Virus record (IMG/VR): IMGVR_UViG_3300032954_000021
Coordinates: 1-51,864 of that record
Reading direction: 5' to 3' (one strand)
DNA length: 51,864 nucleotides
Source: a virus
Lineage: Duplodnaviria; Caudoviricetes
The notes below the pieces were generated by a model. The model saw nothing but the letters and a program-made list of their open reading frames with translations, was not told the origin of the DNA and searched no databases. Within the stretch, counting starts at the first letter, position 1; each line of letters opens with the position of its first letter. The translations under genes and the position numbers were made by a program. Below are positions 9,874 through 19,671 of this stretch, piece after piece.

Positions 9874-10256
9874 TGCTTGTCGAACTCCAGAAGAAGGATG
9901 AATGTCTTAGCCGAAGGCGGGTCCTGCGTGCGGAAGCTGGACAGAAACATCTTCCCATCCCACTCCTCTCCAAACCTCGGCGTCGGAATGCCCTCGTCGA
10001 GCCGGAGTCCATTCCGGCTCTCCATAACGAGTGCGAGGTCCTCTTCTCGCGCCTGTGCGCTCCACCAGAGGTAGAGGCCCATTTTCTCCTGAATGAGCCA
10101 AGCGGCCGAGTCGAGGCGGAGTCCTTTCCACCCCTCTCTCGGCGGCGTCAGCTTCGTCAGGTCGAAGAGCAGGTCCGGACCGAAGTCCTCAGTCGCGAAC
10201 CCCTTCGCGAGGAGGGAAAGGTTCTTTCCCCCCTCACGCAGGATCTGGACCTTCAT
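9870..10256 (-). CDS. Hypothetical virion-module protein
   Basis: 128 aa, ATGA overlap with the next gene. Confidence 0.6.
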   Translation of the reverse strand: MKVQILREGGKNLSLLAKGFATEDFGPDLLFDLTKLTPPREGWKGLRLDSAAWLIQEKMGLYLWWSAQAREEDLALVMESRNGLRLDEGIPTPRFGEEWDGKMFLSSFRTQDPPSAKTFILLLEFDKQ

Positions 10257-10259
10257 CGC

Positions 10260-11039
10260 CTAGCGCTCTTTCATCGCCCCGTGGAAGTCCACGGTCATGG
10301 TCTTGGCGGAGGCCGCCGTCCCATTCGACACTGCGAGAGTCGGTGACAGATTCGCAGTGCTGAGCGAGAGGCCAGAGATCTGCAGGCATCGTCCACGCAC
10401 CGGCGTGCTCGGGCCGCCGCCGGACTCCTGCTGATATCCGAATAGCTGTGAGCCGACGAACACGTTCAGGTTCCCATACCAGTCGATATAGAAAGCGAGA
10501 TCGATGCTCGTCGCGTTCGCCAGCGTGTAGGCGGACGTGGGGATTGCAGTCGTCGTCGCCGTGCTCGCAATCGTGCTGATGATGTTCAGCGTGGCCGAGC
10601 TGTTCGGCTTCTGGAAGTACACGCCGTCCGCAACCGCGGAGAACGGCGTGGTGGTGGTGTTGCAGAGCCCTGCGATCATGATTGAGTTCGTCACGTCGCT
10701 GAGCTGCAGCCGCCCCATCCAAAACAGCTTCTTCCCCGCGAGGGTACCTTGCGGCAGCGTGAAGCTCGCGGCCGGCAGCTGAATCTCAGCGAAGTTGCCC
10801 GCCGAGGCGCCAGTCGTGAAGAGGGCGAGACCGCCATCGCCGGCAGTGTGCGCCACCGAGCCGCTCGCCGCGGTCACGGTGTAGAGACCAGTTGCTCCGA
10901 GCGCGTTATCGAAGTCGTCGTAGAACTGGTGGTAGAAAGAAGGGTTGCCGTAGCCGCTGTCAGCCAGCGGTCCATAGGGCCAGTCTGTCGTGAAGCCTCC
11001 CGGATTACGGGAGGGAGTCGGGGATCGCTGTGCAGTCAT
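10260..11039 (-). CDS. Putative virion structural protein (beta-rich)
   Basis: 259 aa, Thr/Ala/Gly-rich, YHQFYDDFD motif, directly after the capsid gene with AGGAG RBS. Confidence 0.6.
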   Translation of the reverse strand: MTAQRSPTPSRNPGGFTTDWPYGPLADSGYGNPSFYHQFYDDFDNALGATGLYTVTAASGSVAHTAGDGGLALFTTGASAGNFAEIQLPAASFTLPQGTLAGKKLFWMGRLQLSDVTNSIMIAGLCNTTTTPFSAVADGVYFQKPNSSATLNIISTIASTATTTAIPTSAYTLANATSIDLAFYIDWYGNLNVFVGSQLFGYQQESGGGPSTPVRGRCLQISGLSLSTANLSPTLAVSNGTAASAKTMTVDFHGAMKER

Positions 11040-11063
11040 GATAGAAGACTCCTAGTTGCTGAG

Positions 11064-11103
11064 GGAAAATGCGGCCGGATTATGTTTGGCATAACCCGGC
11101 CGC
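11064..11103 (-). terminator. Hairpin downstream of major capsid gene containing the TTATG-N5-CATAA motif
   Basis: The minus strand reads GCGGCCGGGTTATG CCAAA CATAATCCGGCCGC followed by ATTTT. Confidence 0.6.
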
Positions 11104-11120
11104 GATTCATCCAGGCCCGA

Positions 11121-12041
11121 TTAAGGCCCGTTGCTTCCGTAGATTGCACGCGGGTCGGTGTTCCCCGCCGACAGACGCATGTAAGAACGGGCTTTCAGGT
11201 TCATCGTATCAAAATCATTGTCCTGGGCGAAGTCGGGGTGTTCGCGCCAGTAGAACTTCATGCCCTCCGGGCAGTTCGTCCGGATGAACCAGGCGTTGCT
11301 CGCCGTGAAGTAGTGGTTCATCTTGATTCCCGCAGGGAATGCGTTCACAGCCTTCAGCACGTTGATATCGTTGTTGGCGGTTCCGCTCTGGAGCACCGAC
11401 TTGAGGATACGGTGTGCGTTGAACCAGTTCTGCCGTGCGATGTGCAGGCTGTAAGGCATGATGTTGATGAGCAGCCCGCGATCATTCTGGAACCCCATGA
11501 TCGCGACGACGGCGTCTTCGAGAGCCGCCTCCGACATGTCCGCGCCCGGCGTGAGCGCATTGCTGTAGGTGCCGCCGGTCGTATTCGGGTGGGCGTTGTT
11601 GCACAGCGACACGCCATCACCGCCCACATAGTAGGCGCCGACGAACGCATCGTTGTAAGGAACGACCGCCACGTTCTCGACCGTCTGAATCATCGAGAAG
11701 GCGTTCGACTTCGCCCTTCGATGAGACACGACCTCGTACAGGTTGTCCGACAGTTCCTCATAGGTCACCTTGTACCCGAGGAAGTACGCGAGATGCGTAT
11801 ACCGGGTCACAGGGCCCTGAGTCTCCGTGTCGAAGTATCCCGTCACGCCCTCACCCTTGTACTGGGCGAGGCCGAACGGGGTCACCTGCACGTCTTCCTC
11901 CCAGGCCTGCTCCGAGTCCTCCACGTCGTAGAGGTCTCGGTATTCCCAGGGGTGCTCGTTGTACTGCTGGCCCCACGTCGCCTTGACGCCGGGCCAGAGG
12001 AGTTTTGGATGACTCCCAGTTGTGATTACGCCACCAGCCAT
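11121..12041 (-). CDS. Major capsid protein
   Basis: 306 aa. HPKLLWPG, GGDGVSLCNNAHP, DMSEAALEDA, GTANNDIN, DNDFDTMNLKARSYMR...DPRAIYGS motifs of HK97-fold podovirus capsids. Confidence 0.88.
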   Translation of the reverse strand: MAGGVITTGSHPKLLWPGVKATWGQQYNEHPWEYRDLYDVEDSEQAWEEDVQVTPFGLAQYKGEGVTGYFDTETQGPVTRYTHLAYFLGYKVTYEELSDNLYEVVSHRRAKSNAFSMIQTVENVAVVPYNDAFVGAYYVGGDGVSLCNNAHPNTTGGTYSNALTPGADMSEAALEDAVVAIMGFQNDRGLLINIMPYSLHIARQNWFNAHRILKSVLQSGTANNDINVLKAVNAFPAGIKMNHYFTASNAWFIRTNCPEGMKFYWREHPDFAQDNDFDTMNLKARSYMRLSAGNTDPRAIYGSNGP

Positions 12042-12080
12042 AGTTGCTGTCTCCTGTGTTGCTTACGGTGCGGGTGGCGG

Positions 12081-12728
12081 CTAGATGCCGACGACGCCGG
12101 TCCGGTAGTAGTGCTGATTGATCAGGCACAGCCACCGCTGCCACGGCCCCGGCGCATTGTCGATGCTCTGCTTGAGGCCGAGCAGCTTCAGTGCGAAGGT
12201 GGCAGTGACCGCAGCTGCGGTGCCATTGTCGATGAACGCCTGGCTGTAGTAGGGCGGCAGACCCGGCGGGTCCAGCGCCACACTGAACTGAGCGTTCTTG
12301 TTCGCGGCGGTCTGGGTGAAGTTCGTCCCTGCGCCGCCCGACGCCTGTTCCTGTGCCTCGAAGATGGTGTTCGGGTCGTCCGCCACCAGCGCGTAGTACT
12401 GCGAGGGGTTGTTCGCAGCCTGCGAGCCGCTCGGCCGGTACAGGATGTTGTTGAGATTCGCCGGGTTCACCCACGGTCCCAGTCCTCTCGGATTCGTCCC
12501 GATCGCCAGGACTACGCCCACGAGCGGCGTGGTGCCGACCGCTGCCCTGTCGATGCAGGGCAGATAGTACGAGCTATCCGCCCCCGCGATCAGAGTCACA
12601 GGGTCTCCGACGAACAGCGGGTTTGTGTTCGCCGCTGGAATCGCATAGATCCGACCTCGCCCGTCCCAATCTGCGCCGTTCAGATAGCCGACGGGAGTGA
12701 AGCCGTTCAGTTTGTTGGCATTTGCCAT
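12081..12728 (-). CDS. Capsid decoration/cement-like protein
   Basis: MANANKLNGFTPVG...LFVGDPV...VADDPNTIFEAQ; located immediately upstream of the capsid gene. Confidence 0.6.
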   Translation of the reverse strand: MANANKLNGFTPVGYLNGADWDGRGRIYAIPAANTNPLFVGDPVTLIAGADSSYYLPCIDRAAVGTTPLVGVVLAIGTNPRGLGPWVNPANLNNILYRPSGSQAANNPSQYYALVADDPNTIFEAQEQASGGAGTNFTQTAANKNAQFSVALDPPGLPPYYSQAFIDNGTAAAVTATFALKLLGLKQSIDNAPGPWQRWLCLINQHYYRTGVVGI

Positions 12729-12772
12729 TGCTCACACTCCAAGGTTAATGATGATGTTCAGGAAAAGAGTCT

Positions 12773-13456
12773 CTATTCTGCGGTCTTTCTGAATCGGCCG
12801 TTGGACATGTCGATCGTCGCTTCTTTCGTGTAGCGCGCCAGGTAGTCCTCGGACAGTTCCTCCGGAGCCTTGACCGGGGCACGCTTGTGGAAAATCTGCT
12901 GGATGATGGAGAGGTTCCGCTGCGCCAGCTTCTTCTGTGACGCCTGGAACCAGGGCAGGCGGATCTTCATGAGCACCAGCTGCTCGGGAAGACCCTGCTC
13001 ATTCACGCCCGCTACGCGCGCCACGCGGCTGCCGCCGATATCATCGGACGTAGTGCCCTTCGTCCGCCCTCCGATCGAGGTGTCGAGCGTGGGCTGCTCT
13101 TGCGGAGTCACGAACTCGTACCAGGCCTGCAGCGCAGCCGGTATGTTCCTCTCCAGGAACCAGTGCTGATGGTAGCCGGGCAGAGCCGGGACCTCGAGCT
13201 TCCTCGTCAGGGAGTCGATGCTCACCTGCGGTCCACGCTCCCGGAGCATCCTCTCGCGGGCCTGCTCCAGACTCTCGCCCGGATTGCTCTCCGCGGCGGC
13301 GCCAGCCTCTGCCTTTGGGTTGGGCAGCTCGGCGGCAGCTTTCACCGGCGGAGCCGGCTCGGGCGCAAGGGGGTTGAAGCCGGCATCCGCACCGGCAGTA
13401 ACCGCTCCGACAGGAGCCTTCGGCGGCTGCGGAAGGCCCTCATTCAGGTTCGTCAT
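12773..13456 (-). CDS. Head-module hypothetical protein
   Basis: 227 aa with LEVPALPGYHQHWF and LVLMKI motifs, between scaffold and capsid genes. Confidence 0.6.
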   Translation of the reverse strand: MTNLNEGLPQPPKAPVGAVTAGADAGFNPLAPEPAPPVKAAAELPNPKAEAGAAAESNPGESLEQARERMLRERGPQVSIDSLTRKLEVPALPGYHQHWFLERNIPAALQAWYEFVTPQEQPTLDTSIGGRTKGTTSDDIGGSRVARVAGVNEQGLPEQLVLMKIRLPWFQASQKKLAQRNLSIIQQIFHKRAPVKAPEELSEDYLARYTKEATIDMSNGRFRKTAE

Positions 13457-13459
13457 GAC

Positions 13460-14368
13460 TTACTCTCCTGCTCTCACGTTGATTGCTGAGGGGCCGAAAT
13501 ACTCCGCCGCGTAGAAGCGCTGGTAGTCCTCGACCTTCTTAAACGCCTTCTTCTCTCCGACGAAGCGCGCCTCATCTTTCTTGCACTTCGCCTTCGCCTC
13601 CGGAGGGAGGTCGGCGTAGGTCTTGCCATTCGCACGCGAGCCATTGCCTCCGCCCCCGCCAGTCGGCCTGCTCTCCTCCGACTTCGGAGGTGCATGCCGA
13701 CTGCTGTTCGCCCCGAGTATCCTCTCCACTTCTTCCTTCACCTCTTCGAACATGGCCCTGCCATCGACAGGTCCGTTACGGGTGTCGCCGGCGAGCTTCT
13801 TCTCCATCGTGATGGCGTTGAAGAGGCCCGCCTTCCGCGGAGTCTCGAAGAACTCCTTGTTCTCCTCCGCGTACTCCTTGATCCAGGGGATGACGGTCGG
13901 CTGCGTCGGCCTCACCGCCGCAGCCGGAGGCTTCTTCTCCGCCGGCTTCACGAGCTCCGAGAGCTCGTTCTGCAGCTCCGCCACCTTCACGTCATCGCCG
14001 GCCTCTCGGGCCGTCTTGAGGGCGACAGCGATCTCCGCCTTCCTCTGCTCCCGCCGATCGTTGCTGATCTCAGCGGCGAGCTCCGTCACTCCTTTCAGTG
14101 CCTCCTTCGTCGCCGCCAGCTCCTGCTCGAGCGCTGTCATCTTCGTGCTCGTGCCGGCCAGCTCCCTCTCGAGCCTCGCCCGATCATGCTGGACGTGCGG
14201 CAGGATCGTCTCCGACCTCTCCACATACGTCTCTGCATCGACCCAGTTGTCGGTCGGCCCTTTCCACTGCTCCTTCGGCTTCCAGCCGCGCTTGCGCGCG
14301 AGCTCTTCAGTCTGCTCCGGAGTCCGCTCTTGTGTCTGCTGCTCTGTGTTGTCCTCAGCCATTGCCAT
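13460..14368 (-). CDS. Scaffolding protein
   Basis: Charged coiled-coil with ARKRGWKPKEQWKG..WVDAETYV and KTYADLPPEAK motifs; start MAMAEDN. Confidence 0.7.
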   Translation of the reverse strand: MAMAEDNTEQQTQERTPEQTEELARKRGWKPKEQWKGPTDNWVDAETYVERSETILPHVQHDRARLERELAGTSTKMTALEQELAATKEALKGVTELAAEISNDRREQRKAEIAVALKTAREAGDDVKVAELQNELSELVKPAEKKPPAAAVRPTQPTVIPWIKEYAEENKEFFETPRKAGLFNAITMEKKLAGDTRNGPVDGRAMFEEVKEEVERILGANSSRHAPPKSEESRPTGGGGGNGSRANGKTYADLPPEAKAKCKKDEARFVGEKKAFKKVEDYQRFYAAEYFGPSAINVRAGE

Positions 14369-14687
14369 TCTCCTTCCGCTTCTTTCTCGCGTAGATTGCG
14401 TGGTCGGGAACCATCCGATAGATGTACCCATCTTCACCGACGATCACTCCGCCGGCGAGACGGGTAATCAGCACATGGTCCCCGACCTCCGCCCTGGGTG
14501 TCTCATTCTCCCCACTCCAGGCATCCTTCCCGATCTCCACTACGATTCCTTCGGAATCGCAGGTCGCAGAGCTCATCTGCGCACTCTCAGGAATGATGAT
14601 CCCGGATTCTGTCTTAGCCAGCTCTCGGGCCCGCAGCAGGACCGCGTGGCCCTCCGGCTGCCAGCCCGAGTTGTTCTCTACTCGCAT
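14355..14687 (-). CDS. groES: GroES-like co-chaperonin
   Basis: QPEGHAVLL...KTESGIIIP mobile loop...GIVVEIG...VGDHVL. Confidence 0.85.
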   Translation of the reverse strand: MRVENNSGWQPEGHAVLLRARELAKTESGIIIPESAQMSSATCDSEGIVVEIGKDAWSGENETPRAEVGDHVLITRLAGGVIVGEDGYIYRMVPDHAIYARKKRKENGNG

Positions 14688-14919
14688 CTATCTCCTCCTC
14701 GTTCAGTTGTTCCGCATCAATCTCTATCAACCGGCGTAGCAGTTGTACCTTCGCTACCGCCTCTACATTCGCGGCGTGCGTGACAGCAGGTTCGCTACTG
14801 TTGAGCCTCCCCTCCTGCCACTGCTCCGTTAGGCTTTCCGCCTCCCGACGCAGGTACTTCCACAGTGCTCTGCCCGCTGGATGATTCTTCAGGTCGTCCA
14901 GCTCCTCTTGCTGAATCAT
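14614..14919 (-). CDS. Hypothetical protein overlapping the portal 3' end
   Basis: MIQQEELDDLKNHPAGRALWKYLR is protein-like and covers the portal-GroES gap. Confidence 0.55.
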   Translation of the reverse strand: MIQQEELDDLKNHPAGRALWKYLRREAESLTEQWQEGRLNSSEPAVTHAANVEAVAKVQLLRRLIEIDAEQLNEEEIDASREQLGLAAGGPRGPAAGPRAG

Positions 14920-16936
14920 CGTCGCCTCCACTCTTTCTCATAGCTTCGACTCGATCGTTAATCATGTCGCTCAGACCGTGCAGGTGGGTCATGAGAGTAT
15001 CGAAGACCTCGACGGCGTGCGCCGCCTTCTCCGCTCCGATATCGGCGACCAGCTTCGCAGCCTGCGCCTTTATCAGGTCGATCTCGGCCAGAACCTTCTT
15101 CTGCCCGGCCTGCAGTTCCGTTACCGTCTTCCACTTCTCGTACTCGAGCTTCATCTGCACGCTCTGAGCCTTCGCCTGCTCAACCTGCATCTTCGGATTC
15201 GGCAGCGGATGTTTCTGATACCAGTCGGAGTACGCTCCGGGATAGATCTCCGAGATGTTATCGATGCCCAGCGACTCCAGATACTGCTTCTCAACCGCGT
15301 CGAGGTTGTAGCCCGGCACGCTGTGCGCGCCCTGGCGGACGGCAGCCGCTCGATTGATCCGCATCTGATCAGAGATCATCGCCGGATCGGCAGTCGGCAC
15401 CAGCAGGTTCGGGTCCGTCTTGTACATCTCCCGCGTCACTCGCTCGTTCCCAGAGCCAAACGTCTGGCTGTCATTCAGGAACTTCGCGTTCAACACATGC
15501 AGCTTCTTCCCCTCCTCCTTCATGCTGCGCCAGTAGCGCTTGAAGATGGAGCGGTAAATTTGGGCGCCCTGCTCCAGCATACCCTGGTACGTCTGGGCGG
15601 GCGTGTTCTGCCCCGGGTTCTCGCCCGCCATCGTCTCCGTCGAGCCGGCGAGGCGGTCGGCGTACTGGATGACGAGCTCGATCAGCTTGAAGTGGACGTC
15701 GGAGATCTGGATCTCCGGCCAGTTAATCATCCCCTTCCGAATGTCATCTCCGACGCCCTTCATCTGCTTGAACTGGCCAGGCGTCCGCGTGTAGACGCCG
15801 CTCTGCATCTTCGCCCCTGTCGCGACGAAGCCTCCGCCCAGCAGATTGCTCGTCGCGGCGTCGAAGATTTGGTTCAGAGAAGTGTTAACCGCTTCGTTCA
15901 GCGGTCCGAGGAGCACGCCGAACCCTATATCGTAGATCCCTCCATCCGGAGCAGGAATGAAGCCGTACTTGGTGTAATACTCGGTGGGGCGGATGCAGAT
16001 GATCTTCTTGCCATTGTCCGTCCGCTCTACGTCCTCTTCCCTGTCAACGCGAGCGACGATCCGGAGGATCGACCGAGACGCGGCCTCCTGTAGGACGATA
16101 TAGGGCTCGGCGTAGCCGTCGCCGTCGAGGTCGAGGTAGCGGTGCTGTTCGAGGCAGGTGAACGGGGTGTCTTCGTCGCCTTGCGGCGCGTCCAGCCCTA
16201 CACGCCGGTCGTGGTCCGTCTCACTCTTCGTCACCGCCTCGACGACGGAGACCCGAGCGTTCTCATTGAACCAGGCCTCGGACAGAATGTCCTTCCGATA
16301 GATACCGCGCTGGCACCGCTCGTAGATTTCGTTGCGGTAGAGCTTGATGATCTCCGTCTTCCGAGCGGCGTTCTCTACGCTGCGTGCAAAGTAGTCCATC
16401 ACGAGGTCTCGTGCCTGGACGAGCGTGCTCGTATTATGCTGGTCCGTGGTCGAGAAGCGCGTCTTGACGAACGAGGTCCCGACGATCGAGACGTTCATGC
16501 CGAGGCGGTCGTGCTGCTCCTCCCACGCTTCGTCCTCTTCCAGACACTGCCATGAGAGGTGCCGCCCGAGCAGCTTCGCCTTATCGAGGCGCTGCTGGCT
16601 CTGATCGCCCACCACTCGGTAGCGGTAGATCTCCGGCCCGCGGATCAGCTGCGAATAGCTGCGGGTCGAGAACTGCAGCGCCGCGATCGACACGAGCGGG
16701 AAGACGATATTCGAGCAATTCGGCCAGGGGAAGTTCTTGCTCTGCTGGATCTGCATCGCCAGGTCCATGCCAGCGCTGTTCCTCTCCTCCCAGCGCTGCC
16801 TCGACTGCTTATCCTTGACGAAGCCTTCCCACACCGAGGTGCCGATCGTCTGAATGTCGCGCGTGTCCAGCTCCGAACAGAGGTTCGGATTGTCGATCAC
16901 GTCTTTCGTGAAGCTGATTTTGTGCTCGAGATCCAT
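14795..16936 (-). CDS. Portal protein
   Basis: 713 aa directly after TerL; KNFPWPNCSN, LDLDGDGYAEPYIV and coiled-coil C-terminal barrel. Confidence 0.9.
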   Translation of the reverse strand: MDLEHKISFTKDVIDNPNLCSELDTRDIQTIGTSVWEGFVKDKQSRQRWEERNSAGMDLAMQIQQSKNFPWPNCSNIVFPLVSIAALQFSTRSYSQLIRGPEIYRYRVVGDQSQQRLDKAKLLGRHLSWQCLEEDEAWEEQHDRLGMNVSIVGTSFVKTRFSTTDQHNTSTLVQARDLVMDYFARSVENAARKTEIIKLYRNEIYERCQRGIYRKDILSEAWFNENARVSVVEAVTKSETDHDRRVGLDAPQGDEDTPFTCLEQHRYLDLDGDGYAEPYIVLQEAASRSILRIVARVDREEDVERTDNGKKIICIRPTEYYTKYGFIPAPDGGIYDIGFGVLLGPLNEAVNTSLNQIFDAATSNLLGGGFVATGAKMQSGVYTRTPGQFKQMKGVGDDIRKGMINWPEIQISDVHFKLIELVIQYADRLAGSTETMAGENPGQNTPAQTYQGMLEQGAQIYRSIFKRYWRSMKEEGKKLHVLNAKFLNDSQTFGSGNERVTREMYKTDPNLLVPTADPAMISDQMRINRAAAVRQGAHSVPGYNLDAVEKQYLESLGIDNISEIYPGAYSDWYQKHPLPNPKMQVEQAKAQSVQMKLEYEKWKTVTELQAGQKKVLAEIDLIKAQAAKLVADIGAEKAAHAVEVFDTLMTHLHGLSDMINDRVEAMRKSGGDDDSARGAGRPEESSSGQSTVEVPASGGGKPNGAVAGGEAQQ

Positions 16937-18399
16937 CAGTACCCCGTATGCGCGTTACGCTCTGAGATGTGTTGGGCCTCGAGCGCCGCCTGCCTGTGCG
17001 CGAGGGCGTTCTCCGAGAGCAGATCCTCGAAGTCCAGCTCCTCGAAGTACTTCTCAAATCCCATGCAGAGCAGGGAGTCAGCATCGAACTGATCATCCAG
17101 CGTCGATTCGCTCTGCCCAGTGAAGCGGAGCACCTCCGCCTCCCACCCCGCGTACCAGGACGCTTCCTTATCCGCCTTAAAGCCGCCCGCCCGGCTCCGC
17201 TTCTGGAAATACCTGCCCCGCACCGCCTTATCCTTCGTCGGCACGATCGGCCTGAAGTTGATCCAGATATCCCTCCGGTGCATCTCCGCCTGCACGGCAG
17301 GGTAGATCGCCTTCCAGATCGCGCCCTGCTCGACGAAGAACACCTCGATCTTCCAGCGCTGCTGGACGGACAGACACTCCTCGATAATGCTGCCGGCATC
17401 CCAGCGGCCTACACGGTTGTCCACCTTATGCAGCATGTTCTCCGCATCTTTACCACCGACGGTGATCGCAGTCCGATTCGCCCGGTCGGCAGTCGAGATC
17501 GCAAGGTCCATCGCCGCGCAGTACTTCTTCAGCTTCGCCCGATCCTCTTCCGTCATCGCGAGGATATCTTCCTTCCGGATGAAGCACTCGTCCGAGTCGA
17601 ACGGATCGTTCAGATATTCCTGCGAATAGCCGCTCGAGTCCATCCGGTCGATGAACTCCTGGCGAATGGCCCGGAGCCGCTCCTCCGGGAACTTGTCCGG
17701 CCAGAGGATGTTCGTGAACTCGTCGAAGCTGGTGTGGGCCTTGAAGAGGAGCCCGTGCCACTGCTTGATCAGATTCGCGAGCAGGGAATCCTCATGAAGG
17801 ATGGTACCGTGGACTCGTATGCGACCACCGTCCCGTAGGGCCTGCTTCGCCGCACGGAAGAACCAGTGCGCGAATTTGCGCCTCCGCTCCTTGCTCTCGA
17901 CCTGTTCGTCATCTTCCAGATCGTCGCCAACAATAAGTCCGGGGCGCTTGCCGCGCCACTTCCTGCCGCGAATCTTCTGCTCAGCGCCTCGAGCAAGGAT
18001 TCGGAATTGGTAGCCATCCAGACACTCCACGATTATATCTGTCTTTTGGTCCTGGATAAATCCCTTGATCTTGAAGTCGCGCCGCAGCTCTTCATTCTCC
18101 CTGAGCTCCATCGCAATGTCGCCCAGGCGCTCTACGGCCATCTCCTCGCTCGCTCCCATTACGATGATGTATTCTTCGATGCGGAAACAAGCGTTCGCGA
18201 GAATATAATCGTCGGTAAGGGCGGTGGTCTTAGCGTGGTTTCGGGGTGCAGCCAGAGCGCACGCTGGACGCTCTGAGCAATAATACCTCCACGCCTCACG
18301 ATGAAAGTCAGGGGTGGGTTGGGCTTGGTCGTATCGGGGGCTGAGGTAGGCACCGGAGAACGCCTCGATCATTTCCGCAGTTAGGAATCGAACGTCCAT
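16936..18399 (-). CDS. terL: Terminase large subunit
   Basis: Walker A APRNHAKTT, Walker B IVGDDLED, nuclease motifs AMDLA and DDQFDA; start MDVRFL at 18399. Confidence 0.93.
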   Translation of the reverse strand: MDVRFLTAEMIEAFSGAYLSPRYDQAQPTPDFHREAWRYYCSERPACALAAPRNHAKTTALTDDYILANACFRIEEYIIVMGASEEMAVERLGDIAMELRENEELRRDFKIKGFIQDQKTDIIVECLDGYQFRILARGAEQKIRGRKWRGKRPGLIVGDDLEDDEQVESKERRRKFAHWFFRAAKQALRDGGRIRVHGTILHEDSLLANLIKQWHGLLFKAHTSFDEFTNILWPDKFPEERLRAIRQEFIDRMDSSGYSQEYLNDPFDSDECFIRKEDILAMTEEDRAKLKKYCAAMDLAISTADRANRTAITVGGKDAENMLHKVDNRVGRWDAGSIIEECLSVQQRWKIEVFFVEQGAIWKAIYPAVQAEMHRRDIWINFRPIVPTKDKAVRGRYFQKRSRAGGFKADKEASWYAGWEAEVLRFTGQSESTLDDQFDADSLLCMGFEKYFEELDFEDLLSENALAHRQAALEAQHISERNAHTGY

Positions 18400-18722
18400 C
18401 AGACACCCTCCGGGAGGATGGCGAACAGACCTTCGAGCTTCTGATTCGTGCTGACGCTGCCGGTCGCACTTACAGTCACGAGATAGACGACGCCGGTCAC
18501 GCCGGCCTGAAGGCTCAGCGTCACGGTCTGCCCCGAGACGGCGGCGCTGCTCGTCACGTAGATCGCATTCGGAGTCGGATCGACGCCGCTCCAGACGCTC
18601 ACCGAGACAGCCGGAGCAGACAGCGTTTCGCCCGCCGCGCACTTCTCCGAGAAGTCAAAGGTAACCTGGACAGTCTCAGACTGCCGCTTCGGCGCCAGAA
18701 TCTGTCGGGAAGGAACTGTCAC
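18399..18722 (-). CDS. Small virion-associated beta-sandwich protein
   Basis: KRQSETVQVTFDFS...GETLS...GVTGVVYLVTV pattern; TGATG coupling to terL. Confidence 0.6.
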   Translation of the reverse strand: MTVPSRQILAPKRQSETVQVTFDFSEKCAAGETLSAPAVSVSVWSGVDPTPNAIYVTSSAAVSGQTVTLSLQAGVTGVVYLVTVSATGSVSTNQKLEGLFAILPEGV

Positions 18723-18853
18723 TTCTTCCTCTTAACCTCGCCGGCGTGCGACTTCCCGGACCTGAAGCACAGATGAATGTACTTGTGGTCGGGCAGCCGC
18801 TTCGTTCGCACGCGACCCCCCGACTTCACGCAACGGGTGAATGCAGCCGGCAT
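18719..18853 (-). CDS. 44-aa basic protein
   Basis: MPAAFTRCVKSGGRVRTKRLPDHKYIHLCFRSGKSHAGEVKRKK; GGAGGAG RBS; overlap-coupled at both ends. Confidence 0.65.
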   Translation of the reverse strand: MPAAFTRCVKSGGRVRTKRLPDHKYIHLCFRSGKSHAGEVKRKK

Positions 18854-19668
18854 CAGTATCTCCTCCCGAGTGCCATGCAGGACAAGCCAAGCGGGTGCAT
18901 CGGCGGGATTGTGCCTACGACAGGCACGCCATTCGTGAGTGCCCCCCGTATCCTGCCGCTCGCAAAGACAACTCCCTTTATCGAGGCGCTCGCAGTCAGC
19001 TCTCCGAGCACGTAGCCGGAGCCTCGCATGAGCCCGTACATCGTGCCGCTCGCGAGGCTGGTCAGCGCCCCATACGTGCCCGACCAGCCAAAGATGACGC
19101 CGGCGCCGGCCAGCTTTCCGGTCAGCTCGGACTGGACTCGGCCAGCCCCGAAGGCTCGGCCGGCGATCTGCGCTGTAGCTGTAAGGGCACCGAGCACGTA
19201 GCCCTTGCCCATCGCCAGCCCATAGATGGCGCCGGGCGTCAATCCTTGGAGCTGGCCGAGTATGGGCGAGGAGCCGAAGATGATACCGCCCGCCGAGAGC
19301 GATCCGACTATAGCACCGGAGACAGCGCCGAAGCTGGCCAGACGGCCAGAGAGGGCGCCGCTGCCGGCGATCGCAGCGGAGACGAAGCCGGCGCCGAACG
19401 CCCTGCCACTCAGAGTACCGAGGCCCCCGAGGCCTCCGAGGACGATACCTTCGCCCTTCAGAAGGGCGGCGATCGCCCCTTTGCCAGTCAGGCCGGCGCT
19501 CACGTTCGCGCTGCCCATCAGGCGGCCCGTAGCTGCGAGGTTGCCGGTAAGAGCGGCTTGTACGAATCCCTTCCCTGCCGCTCGCCCGTACATGGCGCCA
19601 GGATTGCTCGCAGCAGGATACTCGAACTCCTCGTCGAACCACTTCAGAATGTCGAGTTCCATGTCCAT
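18853..19668 (-). CDS. Gly/Ala-rich repetitive fibre-like virion protein
   Basis: Repeating G-x-L-x-G-x-A-x-G units, 271 aa. Confidence 0.65.
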   Translation of the reverse strand: MDMELDILKWFDEEFEYPAASNPGAMYGRAAGKGFVQAALTGNLAATGRLMGSANVSAGLTGKGAIAALLKGEGIVLGGLGGLGTLSGRAFGAGFVSAAIAGSGALSGRLASFGAVSGAIVGSLSAGGIIFGSSPILGQLQGLTPGAIYGLAMGKGYVLGALTATAQIAGRAFGAGRVQSELTGKLAGAGVIFGWSGTYGALTSLASGTMYGLMRGSGYVLGELTASASIKGVVFASGRIRGALTNGVPVVGTIPPMHPLGLSCMALGRRY

Positions 19669-19671
19669 GGT

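Noticed and set aside
10749-12833. Long + strand ORFs (694 aa here; also 7853..9181, 13623..14783, 18841..20211)
   Set aside because: Antisense shadows of well-supported minus-strand genes in high-GC DNA, with no motifs.
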